A stretch of 64,000 bases of DNA from Azolla caroliniana (lineage: Eukaryota > Plantae > Polypodiophyta). Positions 38,096-50,800 of the stretch are shown here, in pieces (the stretch's first letter is position 1; each line of letters starts with the position of its first letter). Location of the stretch: assembly GCA_043228905.1 (NCBI GenBank), contig JBHGNT010000005.1:20398001-20462000 (forward strand). The letters are read 5' to 3'. The translations under genes were made by a program, and so were the position numbers. The notes beneath the pieces are model-generated. The model saw only the letters and a list, made by a program, of their open reading frames with translations, ran no database searches and was not told the DNA's origin.

Positions 38096-39817
38096 ACGGA
38101 AGTTGTCTAAGTGCAAAACCCCTACCGGCCGATTACGGTTTCCGAATGAGCCGGTAAGGGCAAGTACGGGCGGTGTGCCAAGCCGGGAAGGGCACACCCA
38201 GAGTTGAAGAAGGATCGTGCAAGTGGCCATCAAGGGCCGAATCGGAGCATGACTAAAGGACGACACGTACGCGATGGTGCCGGGAACGCGGAAAGGTCTG
38301 CGCGACGGACTGCACAGGTCAGAGACCGGGAAAGATATACAGGCCGGAGAAGGATCGTCTACGCCCGCTTCGGAGATCTCGGCGGCTTAGTCGGTGTGGC
38401 AACGTCTGGCGTGGCAAGCCAAGCCCGAGATGACAAGCTGGTGGGGGCGAGGGGATGACGGCGAGTGAAAGGCTTCAACTCGGTGGCAACGCCGCAAGAC
38501 GAAAGAGGGCCAAGCGGGCTACTACGGGTATTCCTCGGACGTAGGGGACACCCACAGGCGAAAGGGAAGTGGTGGTGCCGGGACTTTGCACGCACTGACT
38601 CTGGAAACACTGACATCCGGCCCGAGAGCCCGTGCATGACCGAGAGTGACAGATGGTAGCAGCGGCAAAGATGGCAACCAAGACAACGCGACGATGGATT
38701 GAGGCCAAGCGGGCCATTACGGGTGCTCCTCAAGCGGAGGACCCCGGGCTTACGGCAGATAGCGGATCGTGCATTCGGCCAAGTGAAGGGCCAACAATGA
38801 AGCACGCGTACCACCGGACCGCGGCGGACGACCTGTCGATGGGTTGAACGAGCCTACGAGGAAGAACCGGAGACGACGGTTCAAACCTGGTAGCGATCGA
38901 CGCGGCAAGCCGAGATGCAGACACGAAAGACTGGTTTCTCAGCGGCTGGAATCCTTCTCACTTCTCTAGAATTGGCACGTACTGGTGGACGTGGGGTTTG
39001 GTGGGGGTGGATGTCGTGAAGTTTCCGGCACATAGTGAGAAACCGGGAGATATTGGAGGGATTGGCGAGGTGCAATGTGTGCACCCATCCTTGTAAATTT
39101 GTATAAGGAATAGGGGTGCCTTTATGGCGCCGAACGGCAATAATTACGGGACAGAGAATCCCATGTATCGTGGGCTTATCTCACATTCCACGCAACCCTC
39201 TCCTTGCTCTATAAAAGGGAGGGTGCGCCCTTTGTATAGGGGTTCCCAGTTTTTCGCTTGGGTTCCAATTTTGCTCTTTCTCTCTCTTCAGGCTTTCTCT
39301 TGATTTGTATGCTTTAGGGTTCACAGAATTCTCCTCTGCGGGTTCCATTGTTGTTCCTATGTAACATAACACAACAATTTCTGTTCTACTTCTGTTTCTT
39401 CTTCCTTTCGTCTTGTTCTCTTTTCTCTATTTCTGTTAGGGTTTCTGTGTGCCCTTTTTGAAGGTCTTCCGTTCTGTTGAAGATGTGAGTTCGTGTGCGT
39501 CTCTATGTGTGTGTGCGGGTGTTAAGGTGTCTTCGCTGTTGTTCGTGGTCTTTGTATATGTGTGTGTGTGTGCACGCGGGCGCGGATAACTGGGTCGTGA
39601 CCCGTGCCTGTTTTGGGCCTTGTACATACGAACTGAGGGGTAGTGAAGATGAGCGCGCGACTTCTCACTCCGCGGATGGTTATCGGTCGCAGCCGAGAAG
39701 AAATCGGCAGTGCAGCAAGATCCCAAGGACTCGAGCCTCCGACAGCCTCCTCTCTCCTAGTCCATGACCCCGGTGGTCTTGCCTGGATTCGACATGCAAG
39801 CGCGGAATCCCATGACA

Positions 39818-42800
39818 ACGTCTTCGGCTTCTTCAGTCGATTCGAAGTCAAATTCTCTATCTGACTCCGCATCTCAGTCACTTCCGCCGTGATGCTTACC
39901 TCCGCACCTTTCACGCTCTTGTTCCTGTTCGTGTTCCTTTCTCCTTCTCAAGTTCGGTGTGTCAAAGTGAGGCAACCCAAGCTCACCTGAGAAATGCCGT
40001 AACTTGTCGAGACCAAGAGGCTTGGTGAAGATGTCGGCAACCTACCGACTAGTCGAAACATGCACCAGTTCGACTTCACCTGAAAGGACCCGCTCGCGGA
40101 CAAAATGGTAATGCACCTCAATGTGCTTGGTTCGGGGATGGAACACAGGGTTTTTCCCAAAGTGGATACAGCTGAGGTTGTCACAATAGATCATCGGCGG
40201 ATCAGACACCTCTACATGCAGATCCCATAATAGTCGTTTCAGCCAAATGACTTTGCACGTAGCGACAGTCGCCCCTCGACATTCGGCCTCTGTGCTCGAG
40301 AGTGCTACTATCGGTTGCTTCTTGCTGCTCCATGCGATCGCCGCACTTCCCAATGAGAATGCATATCTAGATGTGGATAGACGATCGTGGGCGTTTCCGG
40401 CCCAATCATCATCCGTGTAACCGACTAACTGTGCGGCTATGCCTGCCCGATAAAGCAACGCCATGTCTTTCGTGCCGTTGACATAACGCAGTATCCGTTG
40501 CGCGCACTGAAAATGTTCGGCCGTAGGTTGCGACATGAATTGATTGATTAGGCCGATTGGATAACTAAGATCCGGCCGAGTAATTGTCAGATAGATAAGG
40601 CTTTCGACAATCTGTTGGAACCGTGTCAGGTCGCACGCCTTCCCGGAATCTCGGCGAAGCTTTGCATTTCTATCGAGAGGGGTCGAGATGGGCTTACAAT
40701 TTTCCATCCCGAAATTGAAGAGCATATTCAGTGCGTAATGACGCTGGCTGATCAATATTCCTTCGAGGGTACGGATCAGTTTGATTCCGAGGAAGTAATG
40801 AAGGTCTCTGAGATCCTTCATTTCAAACGATGCCGCAAGTTCAGACTTTACATGGCGGATTTCATCAAGGTCGGCACCGGCAATGACTAAATCATCAACG
40901 TACAAGAGCAGGCTGACCGGTCCATATTGACCTTGCCGAACAAATAGAGAAGAGTTTGACTTCTACGGCGCAAACCCCATCCTACGCAACTGCTGCGTAA
41001 TCTTTGCGTTCCAAGCTCGTGGGGCTTGCTTTAGTCCGTATAAGGACTTCTTCAATTGGCAAACTATCGAGGTGTGTTGTTCGGATAGAAAACCGGGGGG
41101 CTGTACCATGTACACTTGCTCCTCAAGATCACCTTGCAGGAACGCGTTTTACATCCATCTGATGTAAGTGCCACCCCTTTGTTGCAGCTACCGCGAGCAA
41201 AACACGGACGATAGTCATCTTCGCGACAGGCGTGAAGGTGTCATCATAGTCCACACCGTGTTTCTGCGCGTAGCCTTTAGCTACTAAACGGGCCTTGTAG
41301 CGGTTGACAGAGCCATCGGTGTTGTATTTCACTTTATACACCCATCTGCATTCGATCGACTTTACACCCTTCGGTGCGTCAACTAGGTCCTAGGTTGCAT
41401 CTCTTCCTCCATTGCGGCACACCAATTTGCGTCCTTCTACGTAGCTCTCCAGGTCATGCATTTCCGCCACTCACGACAGGTACGCGTAATGGTGCGCCAT
41501 GTACTCATTATACCCGTATCTCCTTATGGGGTTCTTGAGGTGGATAGATTGGCGTAATTCGTAATTACCCGATTTCATGACCTTTTCCGCTACCGTCGAC
41601 CTCTTCCATGGAGGTTCCTTTTCAGTTTGCCCGTAGTCAGACTCACTCTGATCTGACTCACCGCTGCCGAAGTCGTATTCCGGCATTTTCTTCTTTCCTT
41701 TTTCCTTGCGCGTAAGCTGGCTCCCCGACTTCCTGCACGGGGAATGCGCAGCTGAGTAGCCACTACTCGTCGTCTCATCGTCTGGTTGGCCATCTCGGCC
41801 CAACCCCTCCTTCGGCCCGCTTAGCCGAAATGAGATCAGACTCTCTCTCAGAGCTCCGATGTCCTCATCATACAGAGGCATTTCAGCCTCGCTGATTTCT
41901 TCTTCAGAAATCGGAATGGAGTCTTGAGGTACTGGAGGTGAAGGCAAGTACCACGAAGTGGACTCGTTGAACACGATGTCGCGGCTTACGCGTACTTCCT
42001 TTGTTTGAGGGTTATAACACTTATACCCTTTCTTCTCATCTGAATGGCCGACCAAGATACATTTCTCGGCTTTGGCATCCAGCTTCCTCCTCTTTTCCTT
42101 CGGCACATGCACATAAGCAATGCTACCGAAAATCCTCAAGTGTGCCAAATTCGACTTCTTCCCGAAATACAGCTCATGTGGTGACACTCCTCCATTAACA
42201 GAAGTCCGATTCTGCAGGTAGACAGCCGTCTTCACGGCTTCGGCCCAATAGAATTTCGGCATATGCTTCTCTTCAAGCATTGCCTAGGCCGCTTCTTCAA
42301 TCATCTGATTCTTCCGCTCGGCTACGCCGTTCTACTCCGACGTATATCTACATGAGAATTCGCGTCGAATTCCCTCCTTCTGTAGACAACATGTGAGCTG
42401 GTCGGAGAAGTACTCCTTCCCGCCATCGGACCGTAGGCATTTGATTTTACACCCAGTTTCCCTTTCCGCGAGGCTCTTCACCTCCAGGAAACATGCGAAA
42501 ACTTTTCTCTTCTTTGCGATCGTGCATACCCACGTGTGTCGAGTGAAATCATCGATGAAGGTTACAAACTAATGGCTTCCACCAAGACTCACGTTCTATG
42601 CCGAACCCCACACATCCGAATGGATCAAATCCAGCGGACTTCGACTACAATTACGCTCATTGGGGAATGGAAGTCGGTGTTGTTTTCCCATCTAACAGGC
42701 TTCGCAGACTTGGCCATTCCGGCCATAAAATTTCGGCAACCTGAAAACAATGTTCTTCGTTTGCATTTCACAAAGCCGTGGAAAATTTACATGGCCGAAC

Positions 42801-44128
42801 CGCTTGTGCCATAGGTCGATATCTGATTTGACCCTTTGTCCTTTCGCGTACAACGCGGTTTCGGCTTGATTAGTGTCGAGGATAAACATCCTCCCTTCAA
42901 GGCGCCCTTGCGCGACTAGTTTGCCTTCCTCTTCTATGAAGAAGCCGAGGTGCACGAATCGAACTTGCATACCTTGGTCGATGATCTGACCGACTGACAC
43001 CAAGTTCTTCGTTATTGTTGGGACGTGTAACACGTTCATTAGCTTCCCTTTCTGCCCGACGTGGCTAAGGGGAACTTCGCCGACATGTTCGATGGTATGA
43101 GGGGTGTCATCTCCCATTTCAACAGCCCCTTGTGATTCTGGCTTCTCCAAGTATGAGAACCACTCCTCGTGGCTCGTCATATGATTTGATGCTCCGGAAT
43201 CCACATACTACACCTGGCTCAATTTCGAGGTGTTCACGACCATAGAGTTGGCCTTACGCTTCATTACAAAGGCTGGGCCCGATTTGTTTCCGACTCGTTC
43301 AGAGCCTTCTGCGTAGTGCGATCTCTGGCGCCTCTCTGCGTCTCTTTGGCCCGATCCGGCTTTTTCCAAATCGGCTCGCTTTTTCAACACTCGCTCTCCT
43401 TGTGGCCTTTCTTGCCACAGTACCTGCAATCCGGCGCGGCCTTCTCTTGCCGGCTTTCGACGCCGCCATTACTCCCCCTGCTTGTGGAGGGTCCGAAACT
43501 GTTGTTGGCATTTCGATTATGCCGCTTGTTCTGCTCTTGTCGGTTGCCTCCATTGCGCGCCAATTCGCCTTGTCCACCACGACCACGGGGCCTATCATCC
43601 TCCATGTAAAGCATCTTGCCATCGGCGTACGCACTCATCGATGCACCCGCATGGTTTTCTTCTATGAGCAACATTGACTGAAGCTCGAAAAACGAAGGCG
43701 TAATCTCGCTCTGATACCATGTAAAAGAATACGTTGTGCGGAAGCGTGTGCGTAAACATAGAGTACACAATTCGGAGGAATAAGACAGTTCGGTAAAACA
43801 CAAAAAACGCAGAGGGTGGAGATGAGAGATCAGACAACAGAAAGCTAGATTAAAAAATAATGGCCCCCAATGTACATACACCGTGCTCAGTGAGCACCTT
43901 TTATACAAGCCTTGACAAATGGGCTGACACAAGTACTGACAGTACTTGACGCTCATAAATGAGCCACTACACTCACCCCCAAAATTATTCCTTTCGAGGA
44001 ATATCTTTCTAACAGCCTTGTGGTTTATGCACCGCTATGGCCTATTGTGTGCATGGTTCTACGCACCCAGTTTACGCACTGGGTTACACACCCAATTACG
44101 CACCGAATGTTGACCTTGTCTCTCAACA
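39818..44128 (-). mobile_element. Ty1/copia element E (LTR 43720-44128, PBS 43708-43719), gag internally deleted, 3' LTR missing
   Basis: [59 protein letters not shown]. Same family as copia F. Confidence 0.92.
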
Positions 44129-45349
44129 CTCCTCGACTCCCCTTGCTTCCGGATGATCCGGAATTACTGTCCGCATCACCACGATGCCTTCTTCCTTGCT
44201 CCCGTTGGCCGCCTCCATTGTGCGCCGACTCGCCTCGTCTGCCACGACCACGGGGCCTATCTCCCTCCGTGTACAACATCTTGTTGTTGGCATGCATACC
44301 CGTCGACGCACCCATGTGATTCTCCTCTACAAGCAGCATCGACTGCAAGTCGAAAAATGACGGCGTATTCTCTCTTGTTCAAATAGCAGTTCAGAATGCT
44401 CTAAACTTCGACGCCAATCCTTCGAGGTAGATCTGCACCATTTCACCCTCCTCAACGTTCACATTGATGGACGCGAGGGAGTCGCATATATCCTTTATCT
44501 TGGAGGTGTAGTCAACCACCGTCATGTCACGTTAACGCACATTGCTCAACTCTTGTCGGAGTTGGAGCTTCTTGGTTGTGGTGCTTGCGGAGAAAATCTA
44601 TTTTAGATTTCCTCAAGCATCCTTCAGTGTTCTTGCATCCCAAATGTAGCTCAAGAGATGTTTGCTCACACAGGACGCGAAGTAGTAGAGAACTCTGCTC
44701 GCCGACTATTCCTAGGCCGGGTAGTCTTTGTGTGTCGATTTGGGTGCTGCATCATTCGCTCCATCGACATAACTCTAGTATCCATGTTCGAGCAGGTACT
44801 GGTGCATCTTGTACGACCAAGATGCGTAGTTACTTCTGTTGAGCTTCTCAGTTGGAAGCGAACTAGCCATACCTCTATCCATTTGTTTTCTTTCTGTTCT
44901 TCATCGAGATTAGGTTTTTTTTGTTTCGAGCTAAAGTCGGTTGCAGAGGTTCTCAAGCCTCGCGCTCGGATACCATGTGAAATGTAACGTGCGGAAGCTA
45001 TACGAAACACAGAATAACAACAGGGAAAAATAGGTTTAATGGAGAGTTTAAGACAGAATGCACGCGGGAGAGACACAGAGGGAAAACACACAGAAAAAAC
45101 TAAATTTGAATAATGTGTTTAAACTCTATACATAGGATGTGCTCGGAGAGCACCTTTATACAAGTCCATACGGACTGAGAGAAGTACTGACATGTACTTC
45201 AATGCTCATAACTGAGCTCCTACACTAACTCCCAAATATATTCCCTCGCGGAATATTTTTTCAATGGCCTCCCAATCCAATTGGTCCAAACCGATCCGGT
45301 TCTCGGCTTGCACAACTGATCCGACCAATGCTGAGCTTGTATCTCAAAA
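44129..45349 (-). mobile_element. Ty1/copia fragment G (LTR 44976-45349, PBS TGGTATCCGAGC, partial gag)
   Basis: gag EKLNRSNYASWSYKMHQYLL..MLLVEENH; LTR distantly similar to the E/F LTRs. Confidence 0.85.
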
Positions 45350-46549
45350 ATATTGTTATCATTGGGTAATGGTAAGGTTGACGTAGAGATTTATGCATTT
45401 CGGGAACAAGCCTGAGACCCGCGAGTCCCCCGTTCTTCTTGACAAAGTTCGAAGTGACAATCGTCACACTGGACAGCTTGGGAGATTACTGGAGACAACG
45501 ATGTGGGCTCTAGGAAGTTTAAGAGAAGGGTCTTGATGTCGTGTTGGAGGCCGCGAAGGAAATGGTTGCATAGGGCTTGGTTATGCCAACTCACATCGCA
45601 AGCAATATGATAGAACTATGAGGCATAGAACGAGGCTGGACGTGAGCCTTTTTGGAAAGAATAAAACTTTGTGAGTGTCGTTCGTCGTCTATCTGTCTCG
45701 CCAAATGTCACTTCGAGCTCCTCAACGAAAGCGGTGAATTTTTCTAAGAGAGGGGATGACATCTTGATCAAGGGTGCAAACCATGCTTGCGCCGGCCCAG
45801 AGAGAAGCCTGCCGACAAGCCCAACCCGAGAAAAGTCGCTAGCATACCGTTGGGGTTGTAACCGGATGATAAGCCGAATTTGGTTGATGAAGCCACGAAG
45901 ATACGCCCTTGTGCCGTTGAATTTGTCTGGTAGGCTGATGGTTGGTTCGAGGACATATGGATGGGAAGAGGATGTGGTCGGGCTAGGTGCCAATGGTGGT
46001 TGTGATTTGGGGGGTGGTGGATTTCTTGAAGTGCCGGATTGAAACTCTCGTAATGATTCCCTATGGATTTCATTCTCTAGCTGAAGTTGTTGCAAGGTTG
46101 TCATGATTTGGTTTAGGTTGTCGACAGAGCCGGACATAGTAGCAAGAAGAGGGAAGGTGAACAAACTATCATGGACAAGTATAATAGAGCAAAGCAAAGA
46201 CAAGACTAGAACACAAGAGAGAGAAAAAGAGCAAGAAATCAACTTATACAATCCGTAATTGGTATTGTTCACCTTGATTAGAATCAAGGTGCACCTGAGT
46301 ATTTATACAAGAAGATAAGGCTATGTAAGCTAGCTAGAAATAGTGTATGCGTGAGGATGCATGCAATAGAGAATGCATGAGAATGTGTGCAAGCTAGAAA
46401 CTTCCAAACTTCCAATGTTCAATCTATACTAGATGAAGTTGGATTTGGTGCAAGGATGCATATGGAACTCAATTGGTAGGGTTCCCCAATAGAGATCATG
46501 AGGTATTGGGTTCAATCCTTACCTTCGTCCGTGGCATATGTTTATGACA
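45350..46549 (-). mobile_element. Tcn1/Tf1-sushi-like gypsy fragment H (LTR 46167-46549 + gag)
   Basis: gag PDKFNGTRAYLRGFINQIRL..LLSGPAQAWF..WHNQALCNHFLRGL; LTR TGTCAT..CATGATA with TATAAATA. No tRNA PBS. Confidence 0.82.
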
Positions 46550-46929
46550 ACGACGAGATGCTGGGCTACATTCGGGATGCAATGTTTGCGGCCAACAAGA
46601 GCAGGAAAAAAGGCACAGAGGTGGTGCCAACATAAGTTTGGGACCCTTCACAACCAAGGGGAGTGAAGGCAGCACCTGAAACTGGCAAGCAAAGGCCGAA
46701 ACAGAATGTTGGTACTATTATTGGAAGGTCCATAGAGAGATCGAGTGCTGGAAAAAGAAGGCCGATTCGGACAAGTCTGGGTCTAGCAAAGCTGAACAAG
46801 GAAGTCGAAAATGATCACGCTACATCGAAGGGTCAGAAGGACCCAAAACCGGAAACGACCCAGCCTTTGTGCCGATCATTGCCTTATGATAGTAAAACTT
46901 TCTTTCCTTCTATGTGTTGCTCTTATCTA

Positions 46930-47500
46930 ATTTTTTGTCTTAAGTTCTTAAGTACTTATTTAATAAATTTTTATTAAGTACTTGTTTAATCACTTTTTTA
47001 TCAAAAAAATTTTTGTCTTAAGTTTTTAAGCATTTATTTAATCATTTTCTATTAAGTACTTGTTTAATAAACATTTTTATTACGTACTTGTTTAACCCCC
47101 CCCCTTTTTTTTTTTAAGTACTTGTTCAATCATTTTTAGGTTTAACTTTTTGTTTAAACATTTGTTTAAGTATTCTCCTCTCTTAATCATAATCATTCTC
47201 TTCTCAACCATGACCCCTTTTCTTTAACCATAATCCCTCCCTTCTCTTTTAATCCTAACCTTGCGTTAAGTGTTTGCCCAAGTGTTTTCTTATCTAAATA
47301 TTTGTTTAAACATTCGTTTAAGTACTTTGTTTAGCAACCCCTTCCCCCTTAATCATAATCCCTTCTTAACCATAATCATTTTTTAATCTCAATCTCTCTT
47401 TTCTATTTTTATTTTTATTCTTATTTTTTATAATAATCTTTCTTTTAAGTGTTTGCTTAAGCGTGTGTTTAAACAACTCCCGTTCATCTAAGCGTGTGGT
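46930..47500. repeat. AT-rich degenerate minisatellite (TTAAGTACTTGTTTAA / TTAAYCATAATC motifs)
   Basis: Motifs recur more than 10 times. Confidence 0.6.
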
Positions 47501-47871
47501 CCTGTTTTAATAATACTCTATATTGGTGTTTTAATAATACGTTATTGTTGTCTAATAACTTAAGTTATCCCAATGATCTTTAATATATTCTAAAAACTTT
47601 GATTAGGTTTAAATACTTTTGATAATTTCAACAAGCTACACTCCCCTAACCCCCACCCACGCCCTCACTTTTCTATTCTTCTAAAACTATATCACTACTT
47701 ATGTTTAGACATACAAATAAGATCTAAACTTGAGTCCACCCCAAACAACCCTCGATGAAGTGCCGCACAGTTTAAGCAATCTTAAAAAAAAATGAAGAGG
47801 ACCACCTCCTTGTAGAGATGGGATCGTAAATCAATGAGGAAGATATGTTGGAATGTAAAGACAGAACATTA

Positions 47872-50800
47872 TGTTAAGAGACAAGCTCAACATTGGGTGT
47901 GTAATACGTTGCATAACCTAGTGCGTAGACTAGGTCCGTGAAAAAGTATGCACAACAGGGCCGCATCGGTGTGAAAACCGAAGAGGCCGTTAGAGTGTTG
48001 TTGTGAAGATTTCCGGCTACGGTGTGAAACCGGGGTGGAATGGGCAGGTTGGTGGTGTGCAACATGTGCACCTGTATACTAGGAAATGGTGTATAAAAAT
48101 AAGAGGGGAAATTTTATCCCACATTGTAAGGTCCCTCCCTCCTTGGGCTATAAAAGGAAGGGAGGGGTCACTTATGAAGGGGTTGCCTATTTTGCGTATG
48201 AGAGGTATACCACTTAGTCTAGAGTTCTTACCGTTTTAGGGTTAGGGTTTCGTTTAGGGTTTTCTTCTTGATCTTCTTTACTTGCTTATTGGGTTAGGGT
48301 TTTGTTATACCGTTTGGTGCGGCCTATGCAGCATTGGTTGTAATCTTTGTGGACTCTTAATATAGCTTGTTGACCTTCTTGCCTTGTGGGTGTATCTTGA
48401 TTCTATTCTATTCTATGTTTATGTGCTATTCTTCCGCTTCTCCTCTTGAGCTAAGCTTCCATTTGGTGTCTTATTCCTTCTCCTCTACTCCCTCGTCCGA
48501 GACCCCCATGGTCCCGCCCCTTCTACACGCACGCGTGTAATAATGCGACAACGTTATTCCTCGTAAAGTGATAATTTTGGGAGTTTGTGTAGTCGGCTCA
48601 TTTATGAGCATTCAAGTACTGTCAGTACTTGTGTCAGGCCGATTGTCAGGGCTTGTATATAAGGTGCTCACTAAGCATGAAGTATGTACAAAACAAAGAG
48701 TCATTATTTTGAATAGGAGTTTTTTTGTTGTCTGCTCTCTCCCTCTCTATCTCTCCATTTCCATTTCAATCTTTGCGTTTTCTGTTTTTTACGGAACTGT
48801 CTTATTCCTTCGAACTGTGTACTATGTGTTTACGCACACACTTCCACACAACGTATTCTTTCAAATGGTATCAGAGTGCGAGGGTTGAAGTCCTCTGCAG
48901 CCGACAAGGAAAGTTTGTGATGAAACAGAGTTGAAGTTGTTCACTTTCGGAGAAGAAAAAGACAGTAGTACTATGGACAGAGGAATGGGAAGCTCACTTC
49001 CGATTGAAAAGCTTGACAAACGCAACTACGCATCTTGGTCTTACAAGATGCACCAATACTTTTCGGGCATGGCTACTAGAGTTACGTCGAAGGAGCAAAC
49101 GATGTGGCACCCGACTCGACACACAGGGAATATCCAACTTGGGAACAAGTGGCAAGCAGAGTGTTGTACTGCTTCGCGTCCTATGTGAGCGACCAACTAT
49201 TGAGCTATATTCGGGATGCTAAGATGCCAAAGGACGCGTGGGCAAATCTCAAAAGGATTTTCGCCGCCAACACAACGGCTAGGAAACTATAGCTCAGACA
49301 GGAGCTCAGCAATGTACGACAAAGAGATATGTCGGTGGCTGATTACACCACCAAGATCAATGAAATCTGCGACTCTCTCATCTCCATCAACGTGAACGTC
49401 GAGGAAGATGAAATGGTGCAAGTTTGTCTTGGTGGCTTGGCGTCAAAGTTCGGACATTTTTGAACGGAAGTCTACACGAGGGAGATTACGCCTTCGTTTT
49501 TCGAGATTCCATCAATGTTTCTCGTAGAAGAAAACCACGCGGGTGCGTCGACGAGTGCACACGCCGATGGCAAGATGCTTTACAGAAAGGATGATAGGCC
49601 CCATGGTCGTGGTGGATGAGGCGGATCAGCACGCAATGGAGGCGGCCGAAAAGAGTAGAATGTACGACATAATCAAGATGTCGGAAGCAATTCCGAAGCC
49701 TCCGCAAGCAGGGGGAGTCATGGCGGCGCCGGAAGACGGCAAGAGAAGACCGCGCCGGATTGCTGGTACTCTGGCAAGAAAGGCCACAAGGAGAGCGAGT
49801 GCTGGAAAAAGCGAGCCGATTCGGACAAAGCCAGATTGAGCCAAAGAGATGCAGAGAGGCGTCAGAGATCGCACTACGCACAAGGCTCTGAATGAGCCGG
49901 AAACAAATCGGGCCCAACCTTCGTAATGAAGCATAAGGCCAATTGTATGACCGTGAACACCTCGAAATCGAGCGAGGTGTGGTATGTTGATTCCGGAGTG
50001 TCAAATCACATGATGAGTCACGAGGAATGGTTCTCGTACTTAAGGAGACCGGAATCACAAGGAGTGGTCGAAACGGGAGACGACACTCCGCATACCATCA
50101 AACATGTCGGCGAAGTTCCCCTCAGCCACGTCGGGCAGAAAGGGAAACTCATGAACCTATTGCACATCCCAACAATAACCAAGAACCTTGTGTCGGTCGG
50201 ACAGATCATTGACCAAGGTATGCAAGTTCGATTCACACATCTCGGCTGCTTCATAGAAGAGGAAGGCAAAGTAATCGCGCAAGGGCGCTGTGAAGGGAGG
50301 ATGTTTATCCTCAACACTAATCAAGTAGGAACCGCATTGTAAGCGAAAGGACAAAAGGTTGAATCGGATATCGCCCTGTGGCATAAGCGGTTTGGCCACA
50401 TAAATTTCCCACGGCTTCGTGAAATGCCGACGAAGAACATTGTATCTGTAATGCCCAAGTCTGTGAAGCCTGTTAGATGGGAAAACAACACCGATTTCCA
50501 TTCCCAAGTGAGAGTAATCATAGTCGAAGTCCGCTGGATTTGATCCATTCGGATGTGTGGGGTCCGGGACAGAACAAGAGTCTCTGTGGAAGCCGTTACT
50601 TTGTAACCTTCATCGATGACTTCACTCGGCACATGTGGGCATGCATGATTGAGAGGAAGAGCGAATTCTTCTCATGTTTCTTGAAGGTGAAGAGCCTTGC
50701 AGAAAGGGAAACGGGGCGTAAGATCAAATGCCTATGGTCCCATGGCGGGAAGGAATACTTCTCTGACCAGTTCACATGTTATCTACAAAAGGAGGGAATT

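Larger units (their letters stand above)
34769..39817 (+). mobile_element. Non-autonomous LTR element, TrpG copy 3
   Basis: LTRs 34769-35859 and 39012-39817 (TGTCGTGAAG..GACA); PBS TGGTGAACCTGACGTGA 35864-35880; PPT-like GGTTTGGTGGGGGTGGA before 39012. Internal GAGACTTCGGC repeats resemble copies 1 and 2. No pol. Confidence 0.88.

Noticed and set aside
46550-46620. Possible host gene fragment
   Set aside because: Reads DEMLGYIRDA..FAAN, a decayed copia gag remnant.
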